Assembly (NCBI RefSeq): GCF_009914755.1
Contig: NC_060940.1
From: the human T2T-CHM13v2.0 reference genome, Homo sapiens
DNA: 64,000 nucleotides
Direction: 5' to 3' (one strand)
Within the stretch, counting starts at the first letter, position 1, and every line of letters starts with the position of its first letter. Below are positions 1 to 26,780 of the stretch, piece by piece. Below the pieces are notes generated by a model. That model ran no database searches, had not been told where the DNA came from, and saw only the letters and a list, made by a program, of their open reading frames with translations. The translations under genes were made by a program, and so were the position numbers.

Positions 1-55
1 CAACAACAAAGGGCTTCGCATGCTGGCTTTCCATCAAAGAATGCAACACTCTGTC

Positions 56-142
56 GGGTGACCAACTGTCCCAATTTTTAGGACTGAGGGGTTTCCTGGG
101 ATGCAGGCTTCAGTGTTAAAACTGGGACAATGGGTTACCCTA
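56..142 (-). mobile_element. MER81-like hAT-Blackjack MITE (internally deleted)
   Basis: Terminal inverted repeats GGGTGACCA...GGGTTACCCTA; internal GGACTGAGGGGTTTCCTGGGA...CAGTGTTAAAACTGGGACA resembles the MER81 consensus as recalled. Confidence 0.7.
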
Positions 143-288
143 ACTCTGAGCTACTGAACAGAAACTTGGTGCATCAGATTAGTAGATCTTTAAGAGTAGT
201 AATAAATTCCCTAGTCCAAGGTCAACTCACAAAGAATGTACTCATTTTGTAGGCTTGCTTGAATAGATTTAGGTGTAAGATTGTTCTC

Positions 289-934
289 AGCCGGGCACGG
301 TGGCTCACACCTGTCATCCTGGCACTTTGTGAGGCTGAGACGGGTGGATAACCTGAGCTCAGCAGTTTGAGACCAGCCTGGCCAACACGGTGAAACCCCG
401 TGTCCACTACAATACAAAAATTAGCCAGGTGTGGTGGCACATGCCTGTAATCCCAGTTAATTGGGAGGCTGAGGCAGGAGAATCACTTCAAGCTGGGAGG
501 CAGAAGTTGCAGTGAGCCGAGAATGCGCCACTGCACTCCAGCCTGGGTGACAGAGCGAAACTCCATCTCAAAAAAAAAAAAAAGATTGTTCTCTACCAGG
601 GCAAAAAAGCTGCAAAAACATGTATTGCCAATTTATTTTTATGTTTTTTTTGAGACAGGGTCTTACTCTGTAGCCCAGGCTGGAGTGCAGTGGCACAAAT
701 ATGGCTGACTGCAGCCTCTCAATCTCCCAGGCTCAAGTGATCCTCCTGCCTCAGCCCCACAAATAGCTGGGACTACAGGCATGCGCCACCACACCTAGCT
801 AATTTTTGTATTTCTGGTAGAGACAGGGTTTCGCCATGTTGCCCAGACTGGTCTCAAACACCAGAGCTCAACTGATCAGCCCACCCTGGCATCCCGAAGT
901 GCTGGGATTACAGGCATGAGTCATTGCACTGGCT
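289..934. mobile_element. Two Alus tail-to-tail: plus 289-583 (TSD AAGATTGTTCTC) and minus ~644-934
   Basis: Alu consensus blocks, A-tail and T-tail, direct repeat flanking the first element. Confidence 0.9.
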
Positions 935-964
935 TTGTTTCTTAACTTTAGAATACTATTATCC

Positions 965-1628
<664 letters not shown>

Positions 1629-1629
1629 T

Positions 1630-1785
1630 GATAGTCACTGTGGATTGTATCAATGTCAATTGCCCAGTTTCCTGCATGATGTTACAATTAGGGGAAACTG
1701 GATAAAAGGGTGTGAGACCCTTCCTACAAATTTTTTTTTTTTACAACTTCCTGTGACAATAATTATTTCAAAATAGAGTTAAGAA
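1630..1785 (+). mobile_element. Ancient L1M 3'-UTR fragment
   Basis: TTGTATCAATGTCAATT...GATGTTACAATTAGGGGAAACTGG...ACAACTTCCTGTGA...TTATTTCAAAATA motifs typical of old L1M 3' ends. Confidence 0.55.
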
Positions 1786-1930
1786 AACCTCCAGCCAAGG
1801 GTGCCTATGTGTATAAAAGTGCATAGCGTGACTGTACGGCACTCCAGGAGAGGCTGTCAGCAGTCTGCTGGAGAGCTAATCTTGAGAAACAATCTTTCAA
1901 ATACCCCCCAGATACGGGGCAGAATGCTCA

Positions 1931-2104
<174 letters not shown>

Positions 2105-2202
2105 TCAGCAAGAGAAACAAGCATAAGTTACCGTAAAGTAGGAGAAAAGGGACTCCAAAGGACTGGAACTTGCTAAACTATGCCCAGCATAAACTGCCAG
2201 AA

Positions 2203-2418
2203 CAGGGTTTTTCAATCCTGGCACTACTGACATTTGGGGCCAGATCATTCTCTGTTGTGGAAACTTCTCTTGCAGTGTGGGATGCTGAGGGGCACCCTGG
2301 CCTCTACCAAGTACGTGACAGCAGGATCTGCCCCTAGTTGTGAAAATCAAAAATGTCTTCAGACATTATCGCCAATTACTCCCTGGAAGGCAGACTCGCC
2401 CCCACTTGAGAACCACTG
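2203..2418 (-). mobile_element. MER20 (hAT-Charlie DNA transposon)
   Basis: Ends CAGGGTTTTTCAA...TTGAGAACCACTG, ~216 bp, internal ACTGACATTTGGGGCCAGAT and AAAATGTCTTCAGACATT typical of MER20. Confidence 0.8.
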
Positions 2419-2470
2419 ATCTAGGGGAAAAAGCACTTCAAAGACTTTAATGGAAGGAAACTCATGCTCA

Positions 2471-2767
<297 letters not shown>

Positions 2768-2895
2768 CTATCAGTATCGGCCCTGTGTGCCCATCAGAAA
2801 ATCCAGCACATCTTTTTCAGTTAACCTGGGGGAAGCACAATGGATGTCCTGATACAATTCTGTTTTGTTTTGTTTTGTTTTTTAAACCTCACCTG

Positions 2896-4134
<1,239 letters not shown>

Positions 4135-4619
4135 GACAAATCTATTTCTTGATCTGAATGTGTGTTCAATTTGTGAAAATTCATCAAGCTTTTCCCTTGT
4201 TCATTATACTTCAATAAAGAATCTTTGGAAACTGGGGAGAAAATCTTTGGAATTAATTTTCCCCAAATTGCAAAACAGTACATACCAAATATTCCCACTT
4301 TTGCTTGAAAAATACACACACACAAATATCTACATGTATTTGCATGCAAACAGAGAAGAATCCTGAAGAGTTCTACACCAAACCATTAAGAGTTGTTCCC
4401 TCTGAGAAATGAGTGTGGAAAAGAGGATTTTCATTTTCTGAACACTTTTGTATTCTGTATTGTTTGAATACTTTGGCCACAATGATGCATTACTTTTACC
4501 ATTTTACTATAAATTCCAGTTTGCACCAAAAGCAATTCAATCAAGCTATGTTCAGCCTCAGAGACATGAGAGCCCACAGTCAGTCTGTCAGAAAGGGCTT
4601 GTCTTTCCCAGAAAGATCA

Positions 4620-5129
<510 letters not shown>

Positions 5130-5224
5130 TCACTCCAGCGTGGGTGACAGAGTGAGACTCCGTCTCAAAAAACAGCAACAAAAAGCTGCTTAACAGTATG
5201 CCCTCTCCCACTCCATCCCTCTTA

Positions 5225-5485
<261 letters not shown>

Positions 5486-6597
5486 CTAAGCCTGCTTCTT
5501 TCGCATTCCCCAAGGTCATTAATTTTAGCACAAGACTCAGTAACATACCCACAAATACCCGTCAAGGCTTCCCTAGGGTAAACGCTGGTTTGTTTTCCTT
5601 TCACATTCAGTTACCCATAGAGGGAGGAAAGATGGACAGACCAGATGTGTACTTGATGCCTGTGATCCCAGGTCCTGCCTGTCAGTAAGAGAGATTCCCA
5701 GGGCTGGTCAATACCTACCCTCACCCTGCCCCTGCCAATCTCCTATCAGGCAACTTTGAATACAATCCTTATCATCTGTACTCAGCAGCAGAGATTTAAT
5801 ATAGTGGCAACTCTGTGACACTAGCTGAAACTCCCTTCATCCCTTAAAAAAGGGGTGGGGGATTCTTCCACCTGCCCAAGACAAGGAAACAATAACGAAA
5901 GATGGCTTTAAGTTTCATAAAGAGGCCGGGCATGGTGGCTCACACCTGTAATCCCATCACTTTGGGAGGTCGTAGCAGGTGGATCATCTGAGGTCAGGAG
6001 TTCGAGACCAGCCTGGCCAACATGGCAAAACCCCACCTCTGGCCGGGCACGGTGGCTCACGCCTGTAATCCCAGCACTGTGGGAGGCCGAGGCGGGCGGA
6101 TCACCTGAGGTTGGGAGTTTGAGACCAGCCTGACCAACATGGAAGGAACCCCATCTTTACTAAAAATACAAAACTAGGCATGGTGGCTCATGCCTGTAAT
6201 CCCATCTATTCGGGAGGCTGAGGGAAAAGAATTGCTTGAACTCAGGAGGTGGAGGTTGCGGTGAGCCAAGATCGGGCCATTGCACTCTAGCCCGGGCAAC
6301 AAAAGCAAAATTCTGTCTCAGAAAAAAAAAAAAAAAAAAAACAACCGTCTCTACTAAAAGTACAAAAATTAGCCAGGCGTGGTGGTGTGCACCTATAATC
6401 CCAGCTACGTGGGAGGCTGAGGCAGAATCACTTGAACCCAGCAGGCAGAGGTTGCAGTGAGGCAAGATCACGCCATTGTACTCCAGCCTGGGCAACAGAG
6501 CAACACTCAATCTCACACACAAAGAAAAGTTTCATAAAGAGTCACACATAGCACACGTGGTGCCGCTCCAAACACCACCCAGTGTGCAGCATACTTA

Positions 6598-6744
<147 letters not shown>

Positions 6745-6964
6745 CTATAGATAAGAATCAGGAGGCAGCCCTTTAGGAAGCAGACTTTCTGGCGCTACCT
6801 TGCCCAAGGAGGTTCCTGGAGGATTGAGGAGCATTAGCAGAAAGGATGCCGGTCTTGCCAGATCCTATAACCCCAAGAACGTGACATTGGGGAAGTAGAG
6901 AGACTCCAGCCAGCCCCTACACTCAAAAATTATACTGTCTCAGGTCTAGAGCCTCACATTATTA

Positions 6965-7025
6965 TTTTTTTTTTGTAGTCAGCTATTTAATTAGGTTCTT
7001 AAGACATTTAGAACACCAATTTGTG
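6965..7025 (-). pseudogene. Tiny 5'-truncated processed pseudogene fragment of ribosomal protein L6 (last codons HKLVF*, 3'UTR, polyA)
   Basis: Minus strand CACAAATTGGTGTTCTAAATGTCTTAAGAACCTAATTAAATAGCTGACTAC plus A10, flanked by direct repeat GAGCCTCACATTATTA (6949-6964, 7026-7041); HKLVF* matches the RPL6 C-terminus as recalled. Confidence 0.8.
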
Positions 7026-7152
7026 GAGCCTCACATTATTAACAATGAAGTAGGCAGATGGAAATGGGTACCCTTGGCTGGCAAAGCATATGGTCATTTT
7101 TTCTTTGACAGCACTGTTAAGAGTACAGCCTGGAAAACTCCACAGAAGTTTA

Positions 7153-7359
<207 letters not shown>

Positions 7360-7537
7360 TCAAGCTGCCACCTCTCCAGTCCCTGCTGGTTAAAATTCAT
7401 TTACAGAACAGTTTGCAGGCTGTGACCATCTGCCATTTGCCCGGTTTGGTGGGAAGAGGGAAGTGGAGGGAGAAAGGAAGGAGAAAGGAAGAGTTCATTC
7501 TTAAATGAACTCTGGGGTTCATTTAAGAGTGAGGAAA

Positions 7538-8697
<1,160 letters not shown>

Positions 8698-8766
8698 CTA
8701 CACAGCTCCGAGTTCCTCCTCCCCTGCTCAGCTCAAGGAAAGGAATGGAGTAGGAACCCAAGGCTA

Positions 8767-9174
<408 letters not shown>

Positions 9175-9305
9175 CTAATGCTAAGCCTGCACATTAAACC
9201 TGCTAAAGAAGCTGGGCGTGGTGGCTCATGCCTGTAATCCCAGCATTTTGGGAGGCCGAGGCGGGCGGATCACCTGAGGTTGGGAGTTTGAGACCAGCCT
9301 CATCA

Positions 9306-9491
<186 letters not shown>

Positions 9492-9493
9492 TC

Positions 9494-9524
<31 letters not shown>

Positions 9525-9811
9525 CGCTAAAGAAACAGCACATGACTCTTCTCAAGAGTGCCTACAATAGAAGACAGTACAAAATATACACATGATATGC
9601 TCGAAACTCAATGAAAATACACAAGGACATGAGTAAGGCCTAGAAAGGAACACATAATAATGAAAACGCTGGCCACGCGCATTGCTTGAGCTCAGGAGTT
9701 CGAGACCAGCCTGGGCAACATTGCGAAACCCCGACTCTCTAAAAAATACAAAAAAAAATTAGCTGGGGGGGTGATGCATACCTGTAGTCCCAGCTACTCG
9801 GGAGAGGATCA

Positions 9812-9943
<132 letters not shown>

Positions 9944-10426
9944 CTACACTTTTAAAGTGTAGATATACAGTACATGAAGTCAAGGTAAAAGAGGATTTTA
10001 AAAACCAGCGTCAAGATTAATATTTAATTTTTACAGGTGTCACTACCCAAAATTCCAACTACACTTAGACTACAGAGTCAACCGAATAGGAGTTTTAGAT
10101 CAAGTAAAAGGGGAAGTTGGGTTGGAATAATATATCTAGAGTAAAAGTAATTAAAAAAAGAGAAGCAGCCCTGTTTCCAAGTATAGTAAAAAGCTATGCA
10201 CTAAAGGATGAAAGAATTAAGTAAAAGGAACAAGAAAATGAGGCAAACACATCATGGACAGCCCAGCTGTCTACAGAGGGCACACACCCCATGTTCAGAT
10301 TCTCCTTGATGCAGCACTTCACAAATTCGACCAAGTTCACAGCACAGAACACATATAGCTCACCTACTGTCTTAGCTTTTATACTATGTGATTATACTTT
10401 AGAATTACATTATGCCAAAAAAACTG

Positions 10427-13294
<2,868 letters not shown>

Positions 13295-13472
13295 TCACTG
13301 CAACCTCCACCTCCTGGGTTCAAGCGATTCTCTAGCCTCACTCCTCCCCATGTGCATCTCAAAAGGAACCCTGAGATGCAAAATGACCACATATTCCAGG
13401 TCATAAAACCCCACTCTGGCACTGAGTGTCATTTCACTCCTCCATACTCTCAAGAAGTGATGTGCATTCTTA

Positions 13473-13619
<147 letters not shown>

Positions 13620-13929
13620 CTACAAAAAGAACAGAGAGAAAGATATGGAACATTGCCAAACCAAAATCTATTTAGTATGAGACCAGATGCTAGGAACACA
13701 GATACAAAATCACAACATGTTCACTCTAAATTCAAATTCAAGATCAGTTTATGTAAGAAATCCAAATATATACTGAAATCACCAAATTATAGGTACTACT
13801 TCCAGGAAGTCTTAGAATTAATAAATGCCATTCATTCCTGAATCACCTAGATGATATTTCATATTTTAAAACATGCAAAATTAGAACCCAGTTCCCAGTG
13901 TGGAAAAGACCATTTTCCTCAAAACCCTA

Positions 13930-14142
<213 letters not shown>

Positions 14143-14742
14143 CTAAAAGAGAAGGACAGCAGTTCAACTTTTAAAGGGTGCAAGTGATGTCAGGTGGCCA
14201 CACACTAGCAGGAAGAGACGACCACACACTAACTGTGCAGTTCATGATTAACATGCCTGGAATATAGACACTTGTCAGAACAGGTGGCCTGGTGGAGCCA
14301 AAGCAGAGGGTAGCCTCTCATGGAGCAGTTTCTCCTTGAACCTAGCTCCCTAACAGTCCCCACCACCACGAGTGACACCACCTGCAGAGGGGAAAGGCCT
14401 GCCAGATCTAACAGCCACAGGTTGATGTGGTAAAACGTGGGCTTCTTCACCAGTCTCTGAAGTTCAGGGCTTATACCATCTTTCTGGAAGAACTTATCCT
14501 GAAAATTGGTATGTTCACTTGGCAGTAAATGTGAGGAAGAAGAAAAAAAAACTGACACATATTAAGGGAATAATATCAGCACACTGATGAATGATTGGAT
14601 GTATCAGTCGTCTAGCTGGGACGGCCTTGCTCTGAGGATGTATCAGGTCATGCTTTGATGTATCATTGTTATTTGTTAACTTTGTTTTATTTTTCCCACT
14701 AGATCTGTTCAATTCACTGCTATCCAATTTGGTAGCCACTAG

Positions 14743-15221
<479 letters not shown>

Positions 15222-15442
15222 CTAAAATTAAATAATTAGTAATTAATATTTTTAAAAATTAGAAATTCTCAGCTGGGCGCAGTGGCTCATGCCTGTAATC
15301 CCCAGCACTTCAGGAGGCTGAGGTGGGCGGATCACCTGAGGTCGGGAGTTCGAGACCAGCCTGACCAACATGGAGAAACCCTGTCTCCACTAAAAATGCA
15401 AAATTAGCCAGCCATGGTGGTGCACGCCTGTAATTCCAGCTA

Positions 15443-15607
<165 letters not shown>

Positions 15608-15829
15608 TCACACTAGCTCAATAATCACACGACTGACGGCTGCCATGTTGAGGAGAACATTTCTGTCACTGCAGAAAATTCTACTGGACAGTCCCGTATT
15701 AGATCACAAACTCCTTAAAAGCAAACACTCTCTCACTCATCTCTGTATCTTCGGCACCTAGCTGGGTGCCTAATATCATTTCAAATTGGGGGAAAAAAAA
15801 AAGGCAAGGTATTTGCTGATCAAGAGGCA

Positions 15830-16035
15830 ATATGGCACAAAGGTTAAGGAAGTGACTATCTGGGTTCAAGTCCACACTGGCACTTACCGACTATGTGAGC
15901 ATGGACAACTGACTTGAGATCTCAGTGCCTCAGTAGGGATGGCAACAGAGTTCGGCGTAAATGAGTTATTGTACGCGAAGGACACAGAGCAGCGCCTGGC
16001 ACACAGTAAGTGCTGCATGCAGGCTGACAGCTACT
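15830..16035 (+). mobile_element. MIR SINE fragment
   Basis: CTGGGTTCAAGTCC...CTCAGTGCCTCAG...AGCGCCTGGCACACAGTAAGTGCT MIR core. Confidence 0.65.
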
Positions 16036-16057
16036 GTCAATAAGAAAATGTTTACAA

Positions 16058-19365
<3,308 letters not shown>

Positions 19366-19454
19366 CTATGTGCGAAATACCGTGCTAAACATTTTGTATG
19401 TGTTATCTTATTCGCTTCTCACTAATACCTACAGGCCCGCAATATTATTCCTCA

Positions 19455-19775
<321 letters not shown>

Positions 19776-20170
19776 CTAATCAAAGAAAAAAAAATGAAGG
19801 AAAATTAAGGGAATTGAAAGTCAAAGTACACATTACACAAGACTTCTGGCTTCTCAAGCCAAGTCAAAGCACGACTCAGGTGAGCTGTTTGATCCTAAAA
19901 CCTCTATGTTGTAATGTCCAAGGCTAAAATCATCATCACCAGCAGACAGCAGCCCCATCTGTTCTTCCTTCCCATGCCAACCTCAAGAGGTTCAACACCC
20001 CAGCACACCAAGCACACTGCTGCTGGATGTTTGTTCATTAAACAAATATGTATCGAGCATCTGCTCTGTGTCAGGCCCGAGACTAGGAATTAGAAAAAAA
20101 GAGGGACAGCCAGGCACGATGGCTCACGCCTGTAATCCCAACACTTTGGGAGGGCAAGGTGGGCAGATCA

Positions 20171-20440
<270 letters not shown>

Positions 20441-21405
20441 TCAGTTTAGTCCAACTGGGGAAGAGGGAGAGAGGCTCAGGAGACCGGGGTTTGAGTTCTA
20501 GCTTCAAGTCCTGAGGGAGTCACTTCACCAAAAAAAGGAGGGGTCCATATGAGATTATCTCTAAAGATCCCTTCAGCTCTGTGTTAATGTACACGCCTAG
20601 AACTGCAAAGTTCCACTAGCCCCAAAGTCAGGGTCTCTAGGTTTGGCCTGATGTCATGGTGAGGCGGCTGTCAGCAGCAATAGTCCTGGGGATGGGCCTA
20701 TCTGTACAAGGGACCACCTGTATGTAGCAGGAATGTACCTACCTCTATGTAGCCTACATCCCCCAAGAACCCTAACAGCAAACGGCTGCCTTCCAGCCAT
20801 TAGATTACCAGGGAGTGGGGATGCTGTAGCCCCACTTTGGAGGCACAGCTTACTGAAAGTGAAAGTACAAGGGAACTGGTGGAGAGAGAAAAAACTTTAT
20901 GACTTCAAAGCTCTTTCACAAGTTGGGCGCGGTGGCTCACGCCTGTAATCCCAGCACTTTGGGAGACCGAGGTGGCAGAATTGCTTGAGCCCTGGAGTTT
21001 GAGACCACCCTGGGCAACATAGCAAGATCTTGTCAGTACAAATAGTAAAAAAATTAGCCAGGTGGGTGGATCACGAGGTCAGGAGATCCAGAACATCCTG
21101 GCTAACATGGTGAAACTCTGTCTCTACTAGAAAAAAAATACAAAAAATTAGCCGGGCGTGGTGGCAGGCGCCTGTAGTCCCAGCTACTCACAAGGCTGAG
21201 GCAGGAGAATGGCACGAACCCAGGAGGTGGAGGTTGCAGTCAGCCGAGATCGCGCCACTGCACTCCAGCCTGGGTGACAGAGCAAGACTCCGTCTCAAAA
21301 AAAACAAAAATGGCCGGGCGCGGTGGCTCACGCCTGTAATCCCAGCACTTTGAGAGGCCGAGGCAGGCGGATCACGAGGTCAGGAGATCAAGACTATCTT
21401 GGCTA

Positions 21406-21618
<213 letters not shown>

Positions 21619-21892
21619 TCACAGATATTACGATTTCCCTGAGAGGTAGGCTGGGGAGAAGTGACAGGCTTTGGTGAGAGTGCTGATCACTGGCATGGTG
21701 CTGTAGTGCCACAAACTGCTGTGTCTAGAAAAATGAGAACCATCTTATTCACAATATTATCATTATTATCAAAAAGTCTCTGGAATTCCAGACCCAACCG
21801 TAACCTTAATTCACTTTTGCCTGAGTTCAGTTCCTTTTCTGTAAAAAAGCAGTATCTACCCTGCCTACTCAACTGAGGTGTTGTGAGGATCA

Positions 21893-22216
<324 letters not shown>

Positions 22217-23609
22217 CTAAAAAAAAAAAAAAAGGAAAACCTTGAAGGAACAGAATGGATAATATTACTTTTAAGTTGTTTAGCTGAAAGTTTTCTTCTT
22301 TTTTTCTGGTTCTGTCCAGACTGGAGTGCAGTGGGACAATCACTTAAGCAGCCTTAAACTCCGAGGCTCAAGTAATCCTCCTGCCTCAGCCTCCCAAGTA
22401 ACTGGGACTACAGTTGCACACCAGCATGCCCAGTTAATTTCTTTTTTTTTCTTTTTTGAGACAGAGTCTCACTCTGTCGCCCAGGCTGGAGCGCTGTGGC
22501 GCAATCTCAGCTCACTGCAGCTTCCACCTCCCAAGTTCCTGCAATTCTCCTGCCTCAGCCTCCTGGGTAACCTGGATTACAGGTAAGTGCCACCACACCC
22601 AGCTAATGTTTGTATTTTTAATAGAGACAGGGTTTCACCATGTTCCTCAGCCTGGTCTCGAACTCCTGACCTCAGGTGATCTGCCAGCCTCAGCCTCCCA
22701 AAGTGCTAGGATTACAGGCATGAGCCACCGCGCCCAGCTAATTTCTGTTTTTGTTATAAATGGAGTATTGCCATGCTGCCCACGCTGGTCTCGAACTCCT
22801 GGCCTCAATCTCCCAAGGTGTTGGGATGGCATGAGCCACCATGCCCAGCCAAAGTTTTCTCCTTATGAGGAAAATACAATAGAGATGTACAAAGTGAACA
22901 GGAGATCCTGACTCCAGCTACTTTCCAAAAGACACATGAATTTCCCATTTTTGCTTACTAATTCACCATAATGAATGCATACTATGTGCCAAGAATCAAA
23001 ATGAATGACAGCCTATGTCCTTCCTGAGGAGACTATCATATGCAGAATTAACTGCAGTATTGTGTAAAAGGACTGAATATATTAACTATGAGTCTATGAA
23101 GGCTGAAACTATTAAAAGCTGTATCCCCACATTCATTTGTTTACCCCCATTTATTTATTCAATCTAAATTTATATTTATTCGATATAAATTCAATATATT
23201 TATTCAACATAAACTCATTGATTTATTCACTGGAGGGCTATATGGGATACAGAGGTAGCACAAAGGCAGAACCTCAGGTTTCACTTACTAACAGGAGCTG
23301 TAAAGGTCTTGGGTGCCTTAAATCACGCTGTGGCTCCAGCCACTCCACAGGAATTTTTTTTTTTTTTTTTTTTTTTTGAGACAGGGTCTCCCTCTCTGTC
23401 ACCCAGGCTGGAGCGCAGGCAATGGTGCAATCACTTGGCCTTCCAGGCTCAGGTGTTCCTCCCACCTCAGCCTCCGGAGTAGCTAGGACTACAGGCATGT
23501 GCCACCAAACCCGACTAATTTTTTTGTATTTAAAAAAAATTTTTGAGGCCGGGTAGGGTGGCTCACGCCTATAATCCCAGTACTTTGGGAGGTCGAGGCG
23601 GGTGGATCA

Positions 23610-23822
<213 letters not shown>

Positions 23823-23960
23823 TCAGCCGGGTACAGTGGCTCACGCCTGTAATCCCAGCACTTTGGGGGGCCGAGGCGGGTGGATCACCTGAGGTCAGGA
23901 GTTCGAGAACAGCCTGGCCAACATGGTGAAACCCCATCTCTACTAAAAATACAAAAATTA

Positions 23961-24447
<487 letters not shown>

Positions 24448-24583
24448 TCACCCAGGCTTTACACACAGGTCTCGCTCTGTCACTTTGGGAGGCTGAAACA
24501 GGAGGATTGCTTGAGGCCAGGAATTCAAGACCAGCCTGGGCAACATGGGAACACCTGAGCCTGGGAGGTCAATTTTTTTTTTA

Positions 24584-24706
<123 letters not shown>

Positions 24707-25039
24707 CTAGGTAACAGGGTGAGACCCTGACTCAAACAACAACAAACGTAAAGACACTTTTTCTTTTTTTTGAGACGGTGTTTCGCTCTTGTAGCCCAGG
24801 CTGGAGTGCAATGGTGCGCAACCTCGGCTCACCGCAATCTCCACCTCCCGGCTTCAAGCGATTCTCCTGCCTCAGCCTCCTGAGTAGCTGGGAATACAGG
24901 CATGTGCCACCACACCTAGCTAATTTTGTATTTTTAGTAGAGACGGGGTTTCTCCATGTTGGTCAGGCTGGTCTCGACCTCCTGACCTCAGGCGATCTGC
25001 CCGCCTCGGCCTCCCAAAGTGCTGGGATTACAGGGGTGA

Positions 25040-25282
<243 letters not shown>

Positions 25283-25466
25283 TAGAGATGGGGTTTCACC
25301 GTGTTAGCCAGGATGGTCTCAATCTCCTGACCTCGTGATCTGCCCACCTCGGCCTCCCCAAGTGCTGGGATTACAGGCGTGAGCCACCGCGCCCGGCCGC
25401 CTTCCCCTTCTTGATAAGGCTCCCCCTCTTTTACTGTCTCACAGCCTCAAGTGTTTCCCTTCATAA

Positions 25467-26054
<588 letters not shown>

Positions 26055-26409
26055 TAATTTTAAGAAATCAAGGAATGGCTGGCTTACAGCAGGATTGCAC
26101 CCAGCTGGCCCATCCTTCCTCCCGTGCCCCCACCCGCCCCTAGGGGATTAAAACCAAGGGAGCTAAAACCCCAGGTTGGCAACCGTGAGGTATTGGTGCT
26201 CAGCAAATCCATCCGAGGCCGCGACACTCGCAGCGCTCCCGGGGGCGAACGCAAGGCCACACTGTCCAGCTCCCGCTCCAGCCCAGACTGGGCTTCTCCA
26301 GGCCACGCGGGGCCTGATCCTGGGGCCCACTGCGGCTGCGGAGCTTTCCCCCCAGTCTGCGGGCCCAGCCGCTCTCCTAGCACCGCAGAGCTCTCCGAGG
26401 GCGGCCTAC

Positions 26410-26498
26410 CTCTCCTAGGGTCGCCGTCCCCAGCTCCTCCCTCAGAGTCCCCCGCCAAGGGCCCGCTGCACCTATTCCCGCAGACGCGCAGCTGTACC
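26410..26498 (-). other. AARS1: AARS1 non-coding exon 1 (5'UTR; start approximate)
   Basis: GAG|GTAGGC donor at 26409; joins exon 2 UTR TTCTTTGGGGTGACTTTCAAGATG as in the AARS1 mRNA as recalled. Confidence 0.85.
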
Positions 26499-26727
26499 GG
26501 CCTCAGACCACGACCTACCACAACCCGCCACGCTCCGTCCAATCAGAGCGCGCCGACGGAAAGTGCCCCGCCGCGCCTTACCTCATGAGATATTATTGGT
26601 CAACCAACATGCCAGTCAAACTGAGGACGAATCCGTTCATTAGTGGATTCCTGGGAAGGCGGCTCTAACTTGGCTGATGCAACTGCGAGAAAAGGTGGGA
26701 TGGGGTGCGTCACATGATCGAGTTAGA

Positions 26728-26780
26728 CCCCCCCCCGCCCCCCCCGCCCCCCCCCGCCCCCCCCGCCCCCCCCCGCCCCC
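26728..26780. repeat. C-rich tandem repeat C9G-C8G-C9G-C8G-C9G-C5
   Basis: Read directly; 19-bp higher-order period. Confidence 0.95.

Noticed and set aside
26084-26588. 150-aa ORFs on both strands at the AARS1 CpG island
   Set aside because: Stop-poor GC-rich DNA, non-ATG starts, no recognisable domain
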